Origin: an uncultured Gemmatimonadaceae bacterium
GTDB lineage: Bacteria > Gemmatimonadota > Gemmatimonadetes > Gemmatimonadales > Gemmatimonadaceae
Length of the DNA: 64,000 nucleotides
Direction of reading: 5' to 3'
NCBI GenBank assembly: GCA_963829055.1
Contig: CAWHHI010000006.1
Coordinates: 256,001-320,000 of the forward strand
Shown here: positions 23,062 to 33,031 of the stretch, piece by piece
Position numbering within the stretch: the stretch's first letter is position 1
Layout of the letters: each line of letters opens with the position of its first letter
Notes under the pieces: generated by a model
Seen by the model: only the letters and a program-made list of their open reading frames with translations
The model's database searches: none
What the model was told of the DNA's origin: nothing
Program-made: the position numbers and the translations under genes

Positions 23062-24743
23062 GTGGTCGCACGCCGCGGAGTGATCGCGTTGGCCATGGGG
23101 TTTACGGTTTCCGGTATCATGCCGCTCCAGGGGCAGTCCGCGAACCCACGCGTGGACTCGGTATTCGCGAGCGTCGACAAGCGCGATGCACCTGGATGCG
23201 CAGTCGCCGTCATCGACAGCGGCCGGACCGTCTTCGCCAAAGGCTACGGGATGGCGAGCCTCGAGCACGACGTGCCGATCACGCCCACGCTCGGCGTTCT
23301 ACGCGGCCTCGGTCTCCAAGCAGTTCACCGCGTTCGCCGTCGCGATGCTCGCGCAGCAAGGCAAGCTCTCGCTCGACGACGACATCCGGAAATGGATCCC
23401 CGAGGTGCCGGACTTCGGCAAGACGATCACGGTCCGTCACCTGATCCATCACACGAGCGGCCTGCGCGACTACTTCGGCTTGTTAGGCATGACCGGCTGG
23501 CCGTCGGACGGTCCGGTGACCGAAGCGCGGTTTCTCGATCTCGTCAGCCGGCAGAAGGCGCTCAACTTCGATCCCGGCTCGCGACACCTCTACAGCAACA
23601 CCGGCTACGTCCTCCTCTCGATTCTCGTCAAGCGCGTCTCGGGCCAGTCGCTGCGCGAGTTCGCCGACCAGGCGATCTTCGGCCCGCTCGGCATGAGCAA
23701 CAGCCATTTCCGCGACGACCACACCGATGCTCGTGAAGAACCGCGCGCTCGCGTATTCGCCGCGCGCGGGACGGGTGGCAGCTGGACGTGCCGGGCTTCG
23801 ACGTCGTCGGCGACGGCGGCCTCTTCACCACGGTCGACGATCTGGCGAAGTGGGCGCGCAACTTCGACGATCACACGGTCGGCGGCGACGAGCTCGCCGC
23901 GCGCGTGCTCACGCGCGGTCGCCTAACGTCGGGCGACTCGATCCCCTACGCGTTCGGCCTGTTTCACGGCACGTACCGCGGGCAGCCGATGATCGAGCAC
24001 GGCGGCGCGTACGGCGGATATCGCACACAGGTGCTCCGCTTCCCGACGCAACACTTCGCGGTGGTCACGCTGTGCAACGCTCGACCGCCAACGCCGCGCA
24101 GCTCAGTCAGGCCGTCGCCGCCGTCTACCTCGGCGACCGACTCGCGCCCGCGACACAGGCCGTATCGAACGGTACGTCGACGGGTCCGAGCACGGTCCGG
24201 CTCTCGCGCGAGCCGCTCACTCGTTATGCAGGCGCGTACTGGGATGCGAAGAACGAGGACTGCGACGGTTCGAGGTGCGCGACTCGATGCTGGCCGTGAC
24301 AGGCACGCCCGTCGTGCTGGTGCCGGTATCTGAAACGACGTTTCGAGCGAGCATCGTCAACACCTCCGTCGCATTCGCGGTCGCGCGCGACGGATCGGTG
24401 GTCATGGAGGAGACCGCCCCTGATGGCGACAAATCCACGTACCGACGCATGCCAGCGCCGAAGACCGACGCGAGCACGCTGGCGGAATTCGCTGGCGACT
24501 ACGTCAGCGATCGAGCTCGATGCGACGTGGCGCGTCGAGACGCGAGCGGGCGCGCTGATCGTCCGTCGTGGCGCGGTCCCGGACATCACGCTGCAGCCGG
24601 TGTTCCTCGATGCGTTCAATTCACCCGCCGGTGTCGTGCGCTTCCAGCGAGCGTCGGATGGCCGAGTGACTGGACTCGTCGTCGGGGCGGGGCGCGTCAC
24701 GGGATTCGTCTTTCGGCGAGTACCGAGCGCACGAACTTCATGA
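23062..24743 (+). CDS. serine hydrolase, beta-lactamase class C / S12 family (multiple frameshifts)
   Basis: PGCAVAVI, ASVSKQF (SxxK), HHTSGL, YSNTGY, GGLFTTVDDLAKW, HGG. Confidence 0.85.
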
Positions 24744-25339
24744 AGCGGCTGGGTTGTGTGCGCGCGCTTCTCGCACTGCTTATCGTCTGCCGGCCGCCAT
24801 CGGTACTGCAGGGACAGCAGACTTCGCGAACCGCGGCCGGGACCTACCAGATCGCTGTGTGCAAGCGCACGCCGTGCTCGCCGCTTGCGCCGACCGGCGC
24901 AGCCGCAGCTGGCATTCTCGTATTGCTCGACTCGGCGATCCCGCTTGGCGCGCTTCCCGAGGGCGCCCAGCTCGGCTTGCGGACGATGTACCTGGACGGC
25001 CCCGCGAATGGGTGCTTCACCCTGCGGCGTCCCTTCGTGCCGAATGAGAGCTTCGCCGGTATCGCCGGCGTAGGTTCCACGCGTTGGGCGAAGGACTCAT
25101 CGGGATATCTGACCTTCACGCTCTATCAATCCCCTGACGCCAGGCACGCCGTCCGCGCACTGCTCGTGGGTGACACGTTGCGGGGAATCGGCGAGTCGTC
25201 AGGTGCCGGCCTCGCCGAAGTCCACTGGCCTCGCGATACAGTCATAGCGGTCCGCGTGGGACCACCCGACACTGCGCCCTGCGTCGACGCGAGTTTGCGC
25301 GATTATGCCGGACGCGTGCGCTCTCCGTGGCGTCGTTGA
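24740..25339 (+). CDS. secreted hypothetical protein
   Basis: ATGA overlap; N-terminal MKRL plus hydrophobic stretch. Confidence 0.55.
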   Translation: MKRLGCVRALLALLIVCRPPSVLQGQQTSRTAAGTYQIAVCKRTPCSPLAPTGAAAAGILVLLDSAIPLGALPEGAQLGLRTMYLDGPANGCFTLRRPFVPNESFAGIAGVGSTRWAKDSSGYLTFTLYQSPDARHAVRALLVGDTLRGIGESSGAGLAEVHWPRDTVIAVRVGPPDTAPCVDASLRDYAGRVRSPWRR

Positions 25340-25349
25340 CGTCATCGCG

Positions 25350-26106
25350 ATGAAAGCGCGAGTTGACGCCGGCACCGACGTCGCCATGATCGGCGCGTGG
25401 GATGCGCAGCGCGGCGCGCAGCCGTTCACCGCGGAGGAGTTCAAGCAACTGTCGGACACGCTGGACGCCGACGCGACCCAAGGCCACGTCTTCGTCCTGC
25501 ACACGGGCGCCGACGGCGGCGGGCCTGTGGACGTCTACGTGGACGAGCCGATTCCGGCCGAGGTCATGGCGCGCCTAACGCCACTCGGGTGGGGAGTTCG
25601 TCCTGGCACTTCCGTCCGGAGCACTCGTCGTCGACGGCGTGGAGTTCTACCGCTCGAAAAAGCCAGACGTTGGCCAGGCGGATCGCGCGGTGAGCGTGCC
25701 GGCGGGTGACTATGTGCTCCGCTGCTACACACCGCCCGATGACGAGAAGTCGGAGCCCAGGTCCGAGCGGGACCTCGAGGCGATAGTCGGACCGGATGAC
25801 CTTCGCTACTACGAGCGCGTGACGCGCGGCGGCTGCCGCACGGGAGCGCTACTGCTCCTGCTGTTTCCCGCGCTGTTGCCGTTCGTTAGCTGGAAGGTCG
25901 CGTTCCCGATCACGCTCGTGGTCGTCGTCGGATATTTCAACGTGCGCGAGTGGCTCCTGAGACGGAACGAGCGCTTCGCCCGACTTCGCGAGACGATTGT
26001 CGCGTTTCGTCGCGGGCGGCGGGAGACCACGTTCGTGCTCGAGCTTCGTCGGATCGAGGATCGCGCCGGATACACGGGCCGCTCGACGACACGAGCCTTC
26101 GATTGA
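25350..26106 (+). CDS. hypothetical membrane protein (frameshift near 25590)
   Basis: Two overlapping ORFs join into one plausible protein with two C-terminal TM helices. Confidence 0.55.
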
Positions 26107-26223
26107 TGACGGCGACTCAGTGGCCAGCACGCTCTAGGTTGCTGATAATGTGTGACTTACGCTGTGCCGGACGAGTGCTTCGGAATTGCGGTTGATATAC
26201 CGGAGACAACGTGACAGATTTGT

Positions 26224-26240
26224 ATTCGCAATTCGCGAAT
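26224..26240. promoter_or_regulatory. candidate operator ATTCGC-N5-GCGAAT
   Basis: Inverted repeat in an AT-rich stretch 20 nt upstream of the HTH gene. Confidence 0.4.
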
Positions 26241-26260
26241 GAAGAACATCCGAGAGGCAC

Positions 26261-26776
26261 GTGGCAAAACAGGAATCCCTCAAGCCTCAGGACGTCGTGG
26301 TCGCCCTCCGGCTTCTCGAGACGCCAGAGGCTCCATACGCCAACCTCGGCGACGATCTGGGAATCAGCCCAAGCACGGCACACCAGTCGGTCGAGCGACT
26401 CCGAATGGCAGGCCTGCTTCGGCCGGAATCCCGCCATGTGAACAATCGCGCTCTCATGGAATTCCTCGAGCACGGCGTCCGGTACATGTTCCCGGCAAAG
26501 CTCGACGCCCCCGCCACCGGGGTCCCCACGGCGTACTCGGCCCCGGTCTTCGGGAGCGAGATCATCGCCGACGAAGCAATCGTGTGGCCGAGCATCAATG
26601 GGAGCGTGGTCGGTCAGTCGATGACGCCACTGTACGAGAACGCGCCGCAGCTCCCGCAGAGATGCCCCTCTCTGTACGATCTCCTGACGCTCGTCGACGC
26701 CATTCGCGTCGGACGCGTTCGGGAGCGCGCGAAGGCCATCGAGAAACTGAAGGCACGAATCGACCGCGCCGCCTAA
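26261..26776 (+). CDS. winged-HTH protein, probable type IV TA (AbiEi-like) antitoxin
   Basis: LKPQDVVV...LGISPSTAHQSVERL...GLL; HGVRYMFP; immediately upstream of an NTase gene. Confidence 0.65.
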   Translation: MAKQESLKPQDVVVALRLLETPEAPYANLGDDLGISPSTAHQSVERLRMAGLLRPESRHVNNRALMEFLEHGVRYMFPAKLDAPATGVPTAYSAPVFGSEIIADEAIVWPSINGSVVGQSMTPLYENAPQLPQRCPSLYDLLTLVDAIRVGRVRERAKAIEKLKARIDRAA

Positions 26777-26780
26777 CGCC

Positions 26781-27533
26781 ATGGTCCGGCGACCAATTTC
26801 CTCATCGGTATCAGTCGCTCGCATCGCGGCCATTGCGCGTGCTCTGGGCGACCTGTCGGGGCGGATGGTATTCATCGGCGGTGCGATCGCACCGCTGCTG
26901 CAAACGAACCCCGTCATTCCCAAGGTCCGTGCGACCGATGACGTGGACGCCATCGTCGCCACCACGACATACGCCGAGGCTGGCGAGCTCGCCGATCGTC
27001 TCCGCGACCGGCAATTCCGGCAGGACATCGCCAATGCCACGCATGCGCATCGGTGGCGTGCGCCCGACGGGACGCCGTTCGACGTCGTGCCGACGGGCGA
27101 GCACATGGGCGGTACCGGTAGTCAGTTCGACACCATGGCGATCGAGACCGCGGTAGAAGCGGAGATCGATGCGGGGTTGATCATTCGGCACGCGAGCGCC
27201 GCCGGCTTTCTCGCGCTGAAGTGGGCGGCCTTCTGGGACAGAGGCGCTGAGGATCCGTTCGAGAGTCACGACCTCGAGGACATTCTCGCGCTCATGGTGT
27301 CGCGCGACGCCATCGTGGACGAGGTGAAGCACGCCCCGCCAGAGATGCGTAACGCGGTGCGCCGTGGTTTCCAGTGGCTCGCGGAGTCGCGTGACTATGA
27401 GGATCTTCTGGCGGCTCATCTCGGAAACGCTCGTCCGTACCAGGGAATCGCGAGTCTGCTGCGACAGCGAGTGAACGACGTGATGGACGCCACGGGGGAG
27501 AAAGATCGACGCGGCGGCCTGACCGAGCTGTAG
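26781..27533 (+). CDS. nucleotidyltransferase, AbiEii/AbiGii-like toxin
   Basis: FIGGA...RATDDVD NTase signature; LKWAAFWDRG; HDLEDI. Confidence 0.7.
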   Translation: MVRRPISSSVSVARIAAIARALGDLSGRMVFIGGAIAPLLQTNPVIPKVRATDDVDAIVATTTYAEAGELADRLRDRQFRQDIANATHAHRWRAPDGTPFDVVPTGEHMGGTGSQFDTMAIETAVEAEIDAGLIIRHASAAGFLALKWAAFWDRGAEDPFESHDLEDILALMVSRDAIVDEVKHAPPEMRNAVRRGFQWLAESRDYEDLLAAHLGNARPYQGIASLLRQRVNDVMDATGEKDRRGGLTEL

Positions 27534-27549
27534 GCAGGCTCGCATGCAA

Positions 27550-27585
27550 TTGACTACATGTAATCTGTCGGATTATTTACATGTA
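27550..27585 (+). promoter_or_regulatory. probable promoter and operator of the RHH-PIN pair
   Basis: TTGACT at 27550; two TACATGTA palindromes (27555-62, 27578-85), the second overlapping the ATG. Confidence 0.55.
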
Positions 27586-27875
27586 TGCCCAAACGCCCCG
27601 CCAGTCCACCAGCGTCCGTTCGCGAGCCAGTCCAGGTGTATCTGGCGCCTGATGACCGGGACCTGCTCAAGCGCCTCGCTGCGGAAACCGGCCTGACGAA
27701 GGCGGAGATCCTGCGACGTGGAATGCGCAGCTTCGCACGCGAGCAGGGCGGTGCGAGTCCGATGCTGAGATTCATCGCGGAAAGCGCCGCAGGCGAATGG
27801 CCTGAAACCGTCGCCGAGAAGCACGATGAGATCCTTGCGGACTCGTACCGTTCGGCGACGAAGAAGCGTCGATGA
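27585..27875 (+). CDS. CopG/RHH-family antitoxin
   Basis: VQVYL...LLKRLAAETGLTKAEILRRG; HDEIL; ATGA overlap with PIN gene. Confidence 0.8.
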   Translation: MPKRPASPPASVREPVQVYLAPDDRDLLKRLAAETGLTKAEILRRGMRSFAREQGGASPMLRFIAESAAGEWPETVAEKHDEILADSYRSATKKRR

Positions 27876-28282
27876 GCACTGGGTTCCTCGACACCTCGGG
27901 GTGGTTCGCAGCACTGAGCCCGAAGGAGGCGAAGCACCGGGCAGCGCACGCGACCTATCGATCGTGGATCGAAAGCGACACGCGGCTCGTCACGACCAAT
28001 CTGGTCGTCGCCGAGATGCAGATCCTGCTCAGCCGGTTTCGTGGCGCGGACGAGGGACTGCGTTTCATCGATAGCCTCTACCAGGATCCGACGCACGAAG
28101 TCGTTTTCGTAAATCGAGACCTCGAGCGCGCAGCGATCGACCGCTGGCTACGCCGCTACCGTGATCAGCGTCTCAGTCTCGCGGATGCCGTGAGCTTCGA
28201 GGTCATGCGCGTGCGTCGAATTCGTCAGGCACTCGCGCTCGATGAGCATTTCGAGCTGGCGGGGTTCGAGCGCGTCCCCTGA
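27872..28282 (+). CDS. vapC: PIN-domain (VapC-family) toxin
   Basis: FLDTSGWFA, TNLVVAE, LSLADAVSF, LDEHF. Confidence 0.88.
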   Translation: MSTGFLDTSGWFAALSPKEAKHRAAHATYRSWIESDTRLVTTNLVVAEMQILLSRFRGADEGLRFIDSLYQDPTHEVVFVNRDLERAAIDRWLRRYRDQRLSLADAVSFEVMRVRRIRQALALDEHFELAGFERVP

Positions 28283-28324
28283 GCACTCCCAGGATGCCCA
28301 CAGGAGCCATGAAGCCATCTCCTG

Positions 28325-29050
28325 ATGATTCGAATCGCCGCGATCACAACGATTGTCGCGTTAGGCTGCGCACCGAACGCGGCAGCGGCTCAGGTAGCAG
28401 AGACCGCCGAGCAGCTGCAGTTGCGGACCGACTGGGCGAACCTCGCGCGGTACCGGCAGGCGAACGCCGAGCTCCCGCCTCCCGTTTCTGGCGAGCAGCG
28501 CGTGGTCTTCATGGGGAACTCGATCACCGATTCGTGGGCGCGGCTGTTCCCGACAATGTTCCCGGGCAAGCCGTACGTGGGTCGAGGCATCAGCGGACAG
28601 ACCACCCCGCAGATGCTCGTTAGGTTCCGTCAGGACGTCGTCGCGCTCAAGCCCGCGGTGGTCGTCATCCTTGCGGGCACGAACGACATCGCCGGAAACA
28701 CGGGTCCGTCCACGCTCGAGATGATCGAGGACAACCTCCAGTCGATGACGGAGATCGCGAAGGCGAACGGGATTCGCGTCGTGCTCTCGTCCGTGCTGCC
28801 GGTGTTCGAGTACCCGTGGCGTAAGGGGCTCGAGCCGGCGCCCAAGATCGTCGCGCTGAACGCGTGGCTGAAGGACTACGCGTCGCGCGCGGGCGCGGTG
28901 TACCTCGACTACCACTCCGCCATGGCGGATGCTCGGCAGGGCCTTCCGCCCGCACTGTCGAGCGACGGCGTCCACCCTAACGAGGCCGGCTATCGCATCA
29001 TGGCGCCGCTGGCGGAGCAGGCGATCGCGGCGGCGTTGCGATCGCGGTAA
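28325..29050 (+). CDS. SGNH/GDSL hydrolase, exported
   Basis: GNSIT, GISG, GTND, DGVHP blocks. Confidence 0.92.
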   Translation: MIRIAAITTIVALGCAPNAAAAQVAETAEQLQLRTDWANLARYRQANAELPPPVSGEQRVVFMGNSITDSWARLFPTMFPGKPYVGRGISGQTTPQMLVRFRQDVVALKPAVVVILAGTNDIAGNTGPSTLEMIEDNLQSMTEIAKANGIRVVLSSVLPVFEYPWRKGLEPAPKIVALNAWLKDYASRAGAVYLDYHSAMADARQGLPPALSSDGVHPNEAGYRIMAPLAEQAIAAALRSR

Positions 29051-29193
29051 GTCATTCCGAGCGAGCTCGTCATTCCGAGCGGAGCCGCGAAGCGGCGGAG
29101 TCGAGGAATCGTGACTGTGCGCGGTAGAGGGCCCTCTATCGGGACGATCGCGATTCCTCGACTCCGCGCCTACGGCGCTCCGCTCGGAATGAC
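29051..29193. repeat. family A repeat, copy 3 (extra left terminus)
   Basis: Starts directly after TAA; complete nested inverted repeats. Confidence 0.9.
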
Positions 29194-29278
29194 AACCACG
29201 TGCGTTAGGGCCCCCACGACGCACACAACTCGCCTGGCAAGCTCTCTGCGTTAAGCGTCGGCTCACAAGGAGCCAGGC

Positions 29279-30184
29279 GTGGGAGAGAAAGTCATTGTGC
29301 TCGCGGGCGCCACCGGGCGACTCGGCGGGCTGATCGCGAGGTCGCTACGGGACCGCGGGGCGAGGGTCAGGGGCATCGTTCGACCGGGAATCGCCGCGGG
29401 CAAGGCGCTGCAGCTGCGGCAGATCGGCGTCACCGTCTGTGAAGCGGACTACGACGACCCCGACCAGCTCGCGCGCGCATGCGAGGGCGGATCGTGCGTC
29501 GTGTCAGCGCTCGCCGGGTTACGCGACGTCATCGTCGACGCGCAGACCTCGTTGCTCGATGCCGCGGTCGCGGCAGGAGTGCCGCGCTTCATCCCGTCTG
29601 ATTTCGCGATCGACTTCTATAAGATGCCCGACGGCGGCAACCGGAACCTCGACCTGCGCCGCGAGTTCGCCGGCCGGCTCGACTCGGCTCCAATCGCGGC
29701 GACGTCCGTGCTGAACGGCATGTTCGCGGATCTCCTCGCGGGAGACGCCCCATTCATCGTGCGTCGGATCAAGCGCGTCGTGTACTGGGAGAACGCCGAC
29801 CAGCCGATGGACTTCACTACCATAGAAGACACGGCCGCGTATACCGCGGCTGCCGCGCTCGATCCTCTGACACCGCGATTTCTCCGGATCGCCGGCGACG
29901 TCGTGACCGCGCGCGATCTGACCCAGATCGCGAGTCGCGTGACTGGGGACCGGTACAAGCTGCTCCGCGCCGGGGACCTGGGCCGCTTCGAGAAGGTCAT
30001 CCGGCTGACGCGAACGCTGTCGCCTGGCGCCGACGAGGTGTACCCGCCCTGGCAGGGCATGCAGTACATGCGCGACATGTTCGACGGGCGCGCGAAGCTC
30101 GAGCCGCTCGACAACGCGCGGTACCCCGAGCTCCGCTGGACGAGCGTCGGGGATGTGCTGACCGAACACCAGCGCGCCGCGTAG
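29279..30184 (+). CDS. NmrA-family NAD(P)-binding protein
   Basis: AGATGRLG, RFIPSDF. Confidence 0.88.
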   Translation: MGEKVIVLAGATGRLGGLIARSLRDRGARVRGIVRPGIAAGKALQLRQIGVTVCEADYDDPDQLARACEGGSCVVSALAGLRDVIVDAQTSLLDAAVAAGVPRFIPSDFAIDFYKMPDGGNRNLDLRREFAGRLDSAPIAATSVLNGMFADLLAGDAPFIVRRIKRVVYWENADQPMDFTTIEDTAAYTAAAALDPLTPRFLRIAGDVVTARDLTQIASRVTGDRYKLLRAGDLGRFEKVIRLTRTLSPGADEVYPPWQGMQYMRDMFDGRAKLEPLDNARYPELRWTSVGDVLTEHQRAA

Positions 30185-30261
30185 GCTCTGGCGGCGCGCG
30201 CCGCGGACGTGACAACATTGGCGGACACGTCAGTCACCACGAGAGCCACCGCGAGGTCGCG

Positions 30262-31503
30262 TTGCACGTTCCCGCGCACAGCCGTCGAGACTTCCTTCAC
30301 ACGCTCGGCGCACTCTCCGCCGCCGGTCTTGCGCCGCCGATCGGGTGGAGCACCGTCGCGGCGAGCCCACGCGTCGCTCGCGGCCTCGCGCTCGGCCCCG
30401 ACGATTTCGCGTTCGCGCCCGGACTCGTCTACCTGCAGACCGGATCCCTCGGCCCCACGCCGCGGCCGGTGATGGAGCAGACGATCGCCGCCTGGAAGAA
30501 GCTCGAGCTCGATCCGGTCGCGTACGGCTATGGTGAGCACGAGCACGCGATGGACGAGGTGCGAGCGCAGGCGGCCGCGTTTCTCCACTGCAAGACCGAG
30601 GAGCTCGTGCTGACGCGCTCCACCACCGAGGGAATGAACTGGGTCGCGCAGGGCCTAACGCTCGCGGCCGGCGATCACGTGTTGACCACCGACCAGGAAC
30701 ATCCTGGTGGACGCGTCTGCTGGGACTACGTCGCGCGCCGCTATGGCGTGATCCTGGACGTCGTCGCGATTCCTCCGGGCGAGAACGACGCGCACGCGAT
30801 CGTCGATCGGATGGCGAAGGCCATCACACCGCGCACACGCGTGCTGTCGTTCTCGCACCTGCTCAGCTCAACGGGACTCCGGATGCCGGTGGCCGAGCTG
30901 TCGGCGCTGGCGCGGTCGCGCGGGTGCATCGCGGTGGTGGATGGCGCCCAGGCGGTCGGCGGGATTGCGGTGGACGTGAAGGCGTTAGGCTGCCACGTGT
31001 ACGCGACGAGTGGGCACAAGTGGCTGCTCGCGCCGAAGGGAACGGGCCTGCTGTATCTGAGTGAGGAGCTCGGGAAGGCGGTCGACCCGATCGCGCTGCA
31101 GGGCGGGCGCGCGGCTTACTCGGAATCGTCAGGCGTCACGAGCATTCCGAGCGTGTTAGGCATGGGCGCCGCGATCACGTACATCTCGACCATCGGGATC
31201 GGCGCGGTCGAGTCGCACAACCTGGGTTTGAGGAACCGCCTGTTCGCTGCGCTGCAGGGCGTGCCGAAGCTGCGCGTCGTCAGCGCGCCGCCAGGCCCAC
31301 TCGCGTCACCGCTGCTCACGTTCCAGCTGCCGGACGATATCAAGAGCGACGAGCTCCACACGCGCCTTCGCGAGAAGCATTCGGTCCAGCTCAAGGTCGT
31401 TCCGAAGAACTGGCTCAACGGAAACCGCGTGTCCACGCACCTCTTCAACACGACCGCTGACGTGGACGCGCTCGTGGCGGCGCTGAAGCAGGAGCTGGCC
31501 TAA
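30262..31503 (+). CDS. class V PLP-dependent aminotransferase with Tat-like signal
   Basis: SRRDFL; STTEG, DQEHP, DGAQ, SGHKWL. Confidence 0.88.
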   Translation: MHVPAHSRRDFLHTLGALSAAGLAPPIGWSTVAASPRVARGLALGPDDFAFAPGLVYLQTGSLGPTPRPVMEQTIAAWKKLELDPVAYGYGEHEHAMDEVRAQAAAFLHCKTEELVLTRSTTEGMNWVAQGLTLAAGDHVLTTDQEHPGGRVCWDYVARRYGVILDVVAIPPGENDAHAIVDRMAKAITPRTRVLSFSHLLSSTGLRMPVAELSALARSRGCIAVVDGAQAVGGIAVDVKALGCHVYATSGHKWLLAPKGTGLLYLSEELGKAVDPIALQGGRAAYSESSGVTSIPSVLGMGAAITYISTIGIGAVESHNLGLRNRLFAALQGVPKLRVVSAPPGPLASPLLTFQLPDDIKSDELHTRLREKHSVQLKVVPKNWLNGNRVSTHLFNTTADVDALVAALKQELA

Positions 31504-31509
31504 CGACGA

Positions 31510-31627
31510 GTCATTCCGAGCGGAGCGCCGAAGGCGCGGAGTCGAGGAATCGAGACTGTCCGCCGTAGAGGGCCCCTCTATCGGGACGATCGCGATTCCT
31601 CGACTCACTTCGTTCGCTCGGAATGAC
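31510..31627. repeat. family A repeat, copy 4
   Basis: Between convergent genes; overlaps the 3' end of the AraC ORF. Confidence 0.9.
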
Positions 31628-32488
31628 AACCTTCATGACTCCCAGCGTCGCGTCGAACGGACCGCCGAGCAGGGAGCCGGGCGTCGCGCGCGCGAGCGCG
31701 CGGAACTCTCGCGTCATGTGCGCCTGGTCGGCGTACCCGGCCACGGCGGCGACCTGCGATAGCTTCATCACCGTCCTCGCGTGCCGGACCTCCGTCAGCA
31801 CACGCTGGAAGCGCAGCATGCGCTGCATCACCTTGGGCCCGAAGCCGAGCGCCGCGGTGAACCGGCGACGGACCTCGCGTGGCGACCAGCCGAGCCGCGC
31901 GCAGAGGTCGTCGACCGTGGCGGCCGGATGACGCGCCAGCCAGGCGACGCCGAACCCGACGCCGTCGTTAGGCGCCGCCGCGACGATGCGGGGCAGCAGG
32001 GCTTCGATCAGCGGTCGATGCTCCGCGGACGTCGGGCCGAGCGCGAGCATTTCACGGCGCGCCGAGTGGGGTGCGCGGCCGAGGTCGCGCAGCAATGCGC
32101 CGCTGTCCACGAGCCGGGAGGCAGCGCTTCCGAAGAGCCGAGCACCGCACCCAGGACGCAGCCGCACGCCGACGATCGTGGTGCCGCCCGACACGATGTG
32201 GTCGGCGCGGATCGTCTCAGGCCCCATGAGGTACGGCAGCCCGCCGTCTACGGCCAGCAGGTCGAAGCAGCCGTCAGGCAGCGTCGGCTGTACAGTGAAG
32301 GCACGGCCAGCTGGGAACTTGCGCCTCCAGAGATAGAGGACGAAATCTGCGAGCGCCGGCGGTGGGGGCAGATACTCATCGTCCCCGAAGCGCTCGGCGC
32401 CGCCGCGCAGCTCGTCATGGGGAGATTGGATCGCTTCGCTCATCAGTGCAGCGCGGAATGACGGCCGGTGCGCGAGCGTGTCCGCCAC
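31511..32488 (-). CDS. AraC-family regulator
   Basis: LPDGCFDL N-terminal domain; RRRF...GFGPK...RFQR; GYADQAHMTREF. Confidence 0.88.
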   Translation of the reverse strand: MADTLAHRPSFRAALMSEAIQSPHDELRGGAERFGDDEYLPPPPALADFVLYLWRRKFPAGRAFTVQPTLPDGCFDLLAVDGGLPYLMGPETIRADHIVSGGTTIVGVRLRPGCGARLFGSAASRLVDSGALLRDLGRAPHSARREMLALGPTSAEHRPLIEALLPRIVAAAPNDGVGFGVAWLARHPAATVDDLCARLGWSPREVRRRFTAALGFGPKVMQRMLRFQRVLTEVRHARTVMKLSQVAAVAGYADQAHMTREFRALARATPGSLLGGPFDATLGVMKVVIPSERSESRNRDRPDRGALYGGQSRFLDSAPSALRSE

Positions 32489-32617
32489 AGCCCGGCCGAT
32501 TCGTTCAATAATCGACAGGATTTTCAGAATATAGTCCGAGTGCGCTGGTGGCTCCGCCGCCGCGCCGCGAACAAGAGTAGAAACACTCGCCCCTTATTCA
32601 TCGTCGGGATACCTCCC

Positions 32618-33031
32618 ATGAATCGCTTCGCACGAATCGTCTTCACCGGCGCGGGAGTCTATGGACTGATCGTCATGGTCCCGCAGTACTTTCTCGCCGC
32701 ACGGATCGGCCGCGACACGCCGCCGGCGATCACGCACCAGGAGTACTTCTACGGCTTCGTCGGACTGGCCGTCGCCTGGCAGTTCGTATTCCTGATCATT
32801 GGCCGCGAACCTCATCGCTACCGGCCGTTGATGCTCGTAGCCGTGCTCGAGAAGCTGGCGTTCGGCGTGCCGGCAATCGTTCTGTACACGCAGGGAAGCA
32901 TCACCGGGTCTGTCCTCTTCTTCGGGCTGCTCGACCTCACACTCGGCGCGCTGTTCATCGCTGCCTGGCGCGCCACTGCCGACGCGCCGAGTAGGGTTGC
33001 GGCCCTTCGCCCTCGTCAGGCAGATGCCTGA
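32618..33031 (+). CDS. small four-TM membrane protein
   Basis: Hydrophobic helices; EYFYGF, RYRPLM, LEKL. Confidence 0.75.
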   Translation: MNRFARIVFTGAGVYGLIVMVPQYFLAARIGRDTPPAITHQEYFYGFVGLAVAWQFVFLIIGREPHRYRPLMLVAVLEKLAFGVPAIVLYTQGSITGSVLFFGLLDLTLGALFIAAWRATADAPSRVAALRPRQADA

